DNA of 62,600 nucleotides, the filler included, from Atractiella rhizophila (Eukaryota), in NCBI GenBank assembly GCA_021432655.1. It is 3 parts of 3 records of this genome, joined end to end, with 100 filler letters (N's around TTAATTAATTAA, not from the genome) between each part and the next. Parts side by side here need not be neighbours in the genome. Positions count along the whole stretch, not along the records: positions 54,244 to 62,600 come from MU271824.1; 2 more parts are not named here. One strand, 5' to 3'. The position numbers and the translations under genes are program-made. Shown piece after piece: positions 61,697-62,600 of the stretch (the first letter of the stretch is position 1; each line of letters begins with the position of its first letter). The notes under the pieces are model-generated. The model made no database searches and was not told the origin of the DNA. It saw nothing but the letters and a program-made list of their open reading frames with translations.

Positions 61697-62600
61697 CTAT
61701 TCTCCAGCGAAAGAGGGTAGAAGACAACCTATCATCACAACATCGTCAACATCGCTCACTATTCGTTTGGATTCACATATAACGCTCCAAATCGTCCTTG
61801 GCAGGAGCGAGTGGAGAAGGAGAAGGAGCAGGACACCAACCTTCGACACCTTCCTCTCCCTCACGATCCTCTTGAACTGTTCCACGCTTAACGCGCCCGT
61901 CATCGCCACGATGCGCTCACCACCGCCACCCATCCCACCTACCACAGCGACGCCAGGAGCGGTCACTGCATCCAATCGCTCGGTCTCGCGCAGGACATCC
62001 AAAACGTCCGCCCCTCGTTCAAGCACCACAGGGGCAGTTTCCTCTTCAAAGAGGGCGAACTGTTGCTCCGTGAGCTTGGTCGAGTCGCAGACGAGGAGGG
62101 TGATCGGTGTCGACGTCGAAGTCGATGCTGCGTCTCCTTTCTCGTTCATGCCCGCCGCTCCTGGAGCAGTGAGAGTGGCGGTTGCGGTGGGTAGGGAGCA
62201 GAGGGAGGTGAGGAGGTCGTGATCGTCCGCTTGGTTGGCGGAGGTGAGGGCGAAGGTGTAGATGGGTCGAATGGCGTTAGGTTGGAGCGGTATCTCAGTT
62301 GGAACTCCATTTTCTGCTTCCGCTTCCTCTCCTTCTTTGAATGGGAGAGAACAGGGAGAGTCCAGAGGGGAGGGAGCAGGAGAGGGAGAGGCGGAGGGAG
62401 GAGGCGTAAGAGGGGTCTTCGTCCTGGAAAAAGGGGAGTCGTCGCCCTCTTCCATGGAATCAGAGTCCTCAAAGTCCTCCGTACCCGAGGTCACCATCCT
62501 GTCCTCATCCTCATCCTCTTCCTTCTTCTCCCTCACCATCACCATCTCCTCCACTTCCACTTCCGCTTCCCTTCTACCCCTACAGTTACCTCCTTCGTAG
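61697..62600 (-). CDS. Hypothetical protein, 3' part (truncated at window end)
   Basis: Open frame of >287 aa with acidic/Pro-rich linker and an alpha/beta-like segment (ITLLVCDS...ERIVAMTGALS); exact last exon uncertain. Confidence 0.55.
   Translation of the reverse strand, partial: YEGGNCRGRREAEVEVEEMVMVREKKEEDEDEDRMVTSGTEDFEDSDSMEEGDDSPFSRTKTPLTPPPSASPSPAPSPLDSPCSLPFKEGEEAEAENGVPTEIPLQPNAIRPIYTFALTSANQADDHDLLTSLCSLPTATATLTAPGAAGMNEKGDAASTSTSTPITLLVCDSTKLTEQQFALFEEETAPVVLERGADVLDVLRETERLDAVTAPGVAVVGGMGGGGERIVAMTGALSVEQFKRIVRERKVSKVGVLLLLLLHSLLPRTIWSVICESKRIVSDVDDVVMIGCLLPSFAGE

Overview
Intron-rich, gene-dense fungal nuclear DNA. The ~50-60 nt GT-AG introns with CTRAC/CTAAC branch points and the protein styles suggest a basidiomycete (inference). 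There are four assembly gaps, two of them 100-nt artificial linkers containing TTAATTAATTAA. Housekeeping blocks (1-29 kb and 46.5-62.6 kb) encode pyridoxal kinase (3' part), PPWD1 cyclophilin, an Mpd1-like PDI, STT3, isoaspartyl peptidase/asparaginase, Dad1, a possible Med17, ARB1/ABCF2, cyclin H, a Cdc25-like rhodanese phosphatase, bL35m, Cox20, a DUF2945 protein, ADAL, UPF2 (3' part), a Btz/CASC3 protein, EMP24, a tandem-CCCH protein, an Hmo1-like HMG protein, MDM12 and BUD31. Between them lies a ~17 kb accessory island (29-46 kb) with an HNH-domain gene, an F-box gene, a frameshifted patatin relic, other degenerate ORFs and two diverged repeat pairs. The most notable feature missed by the ORF track is a cluster of three box C/D snoRNAs, each in its own non-coding intron just after the pyridoxal kinase stop codon. 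They are snR67/U31-like, a middle 18S 5'-region guide, and snR53-like; the last carries a second guide to the 18S helix-34 acetylation region. Two unusually long, hairpin-rich introns (cyclin H, EMP24) also merit checking. All calls come from reading the sequence by eye and recalled family motifs; no searches were run.
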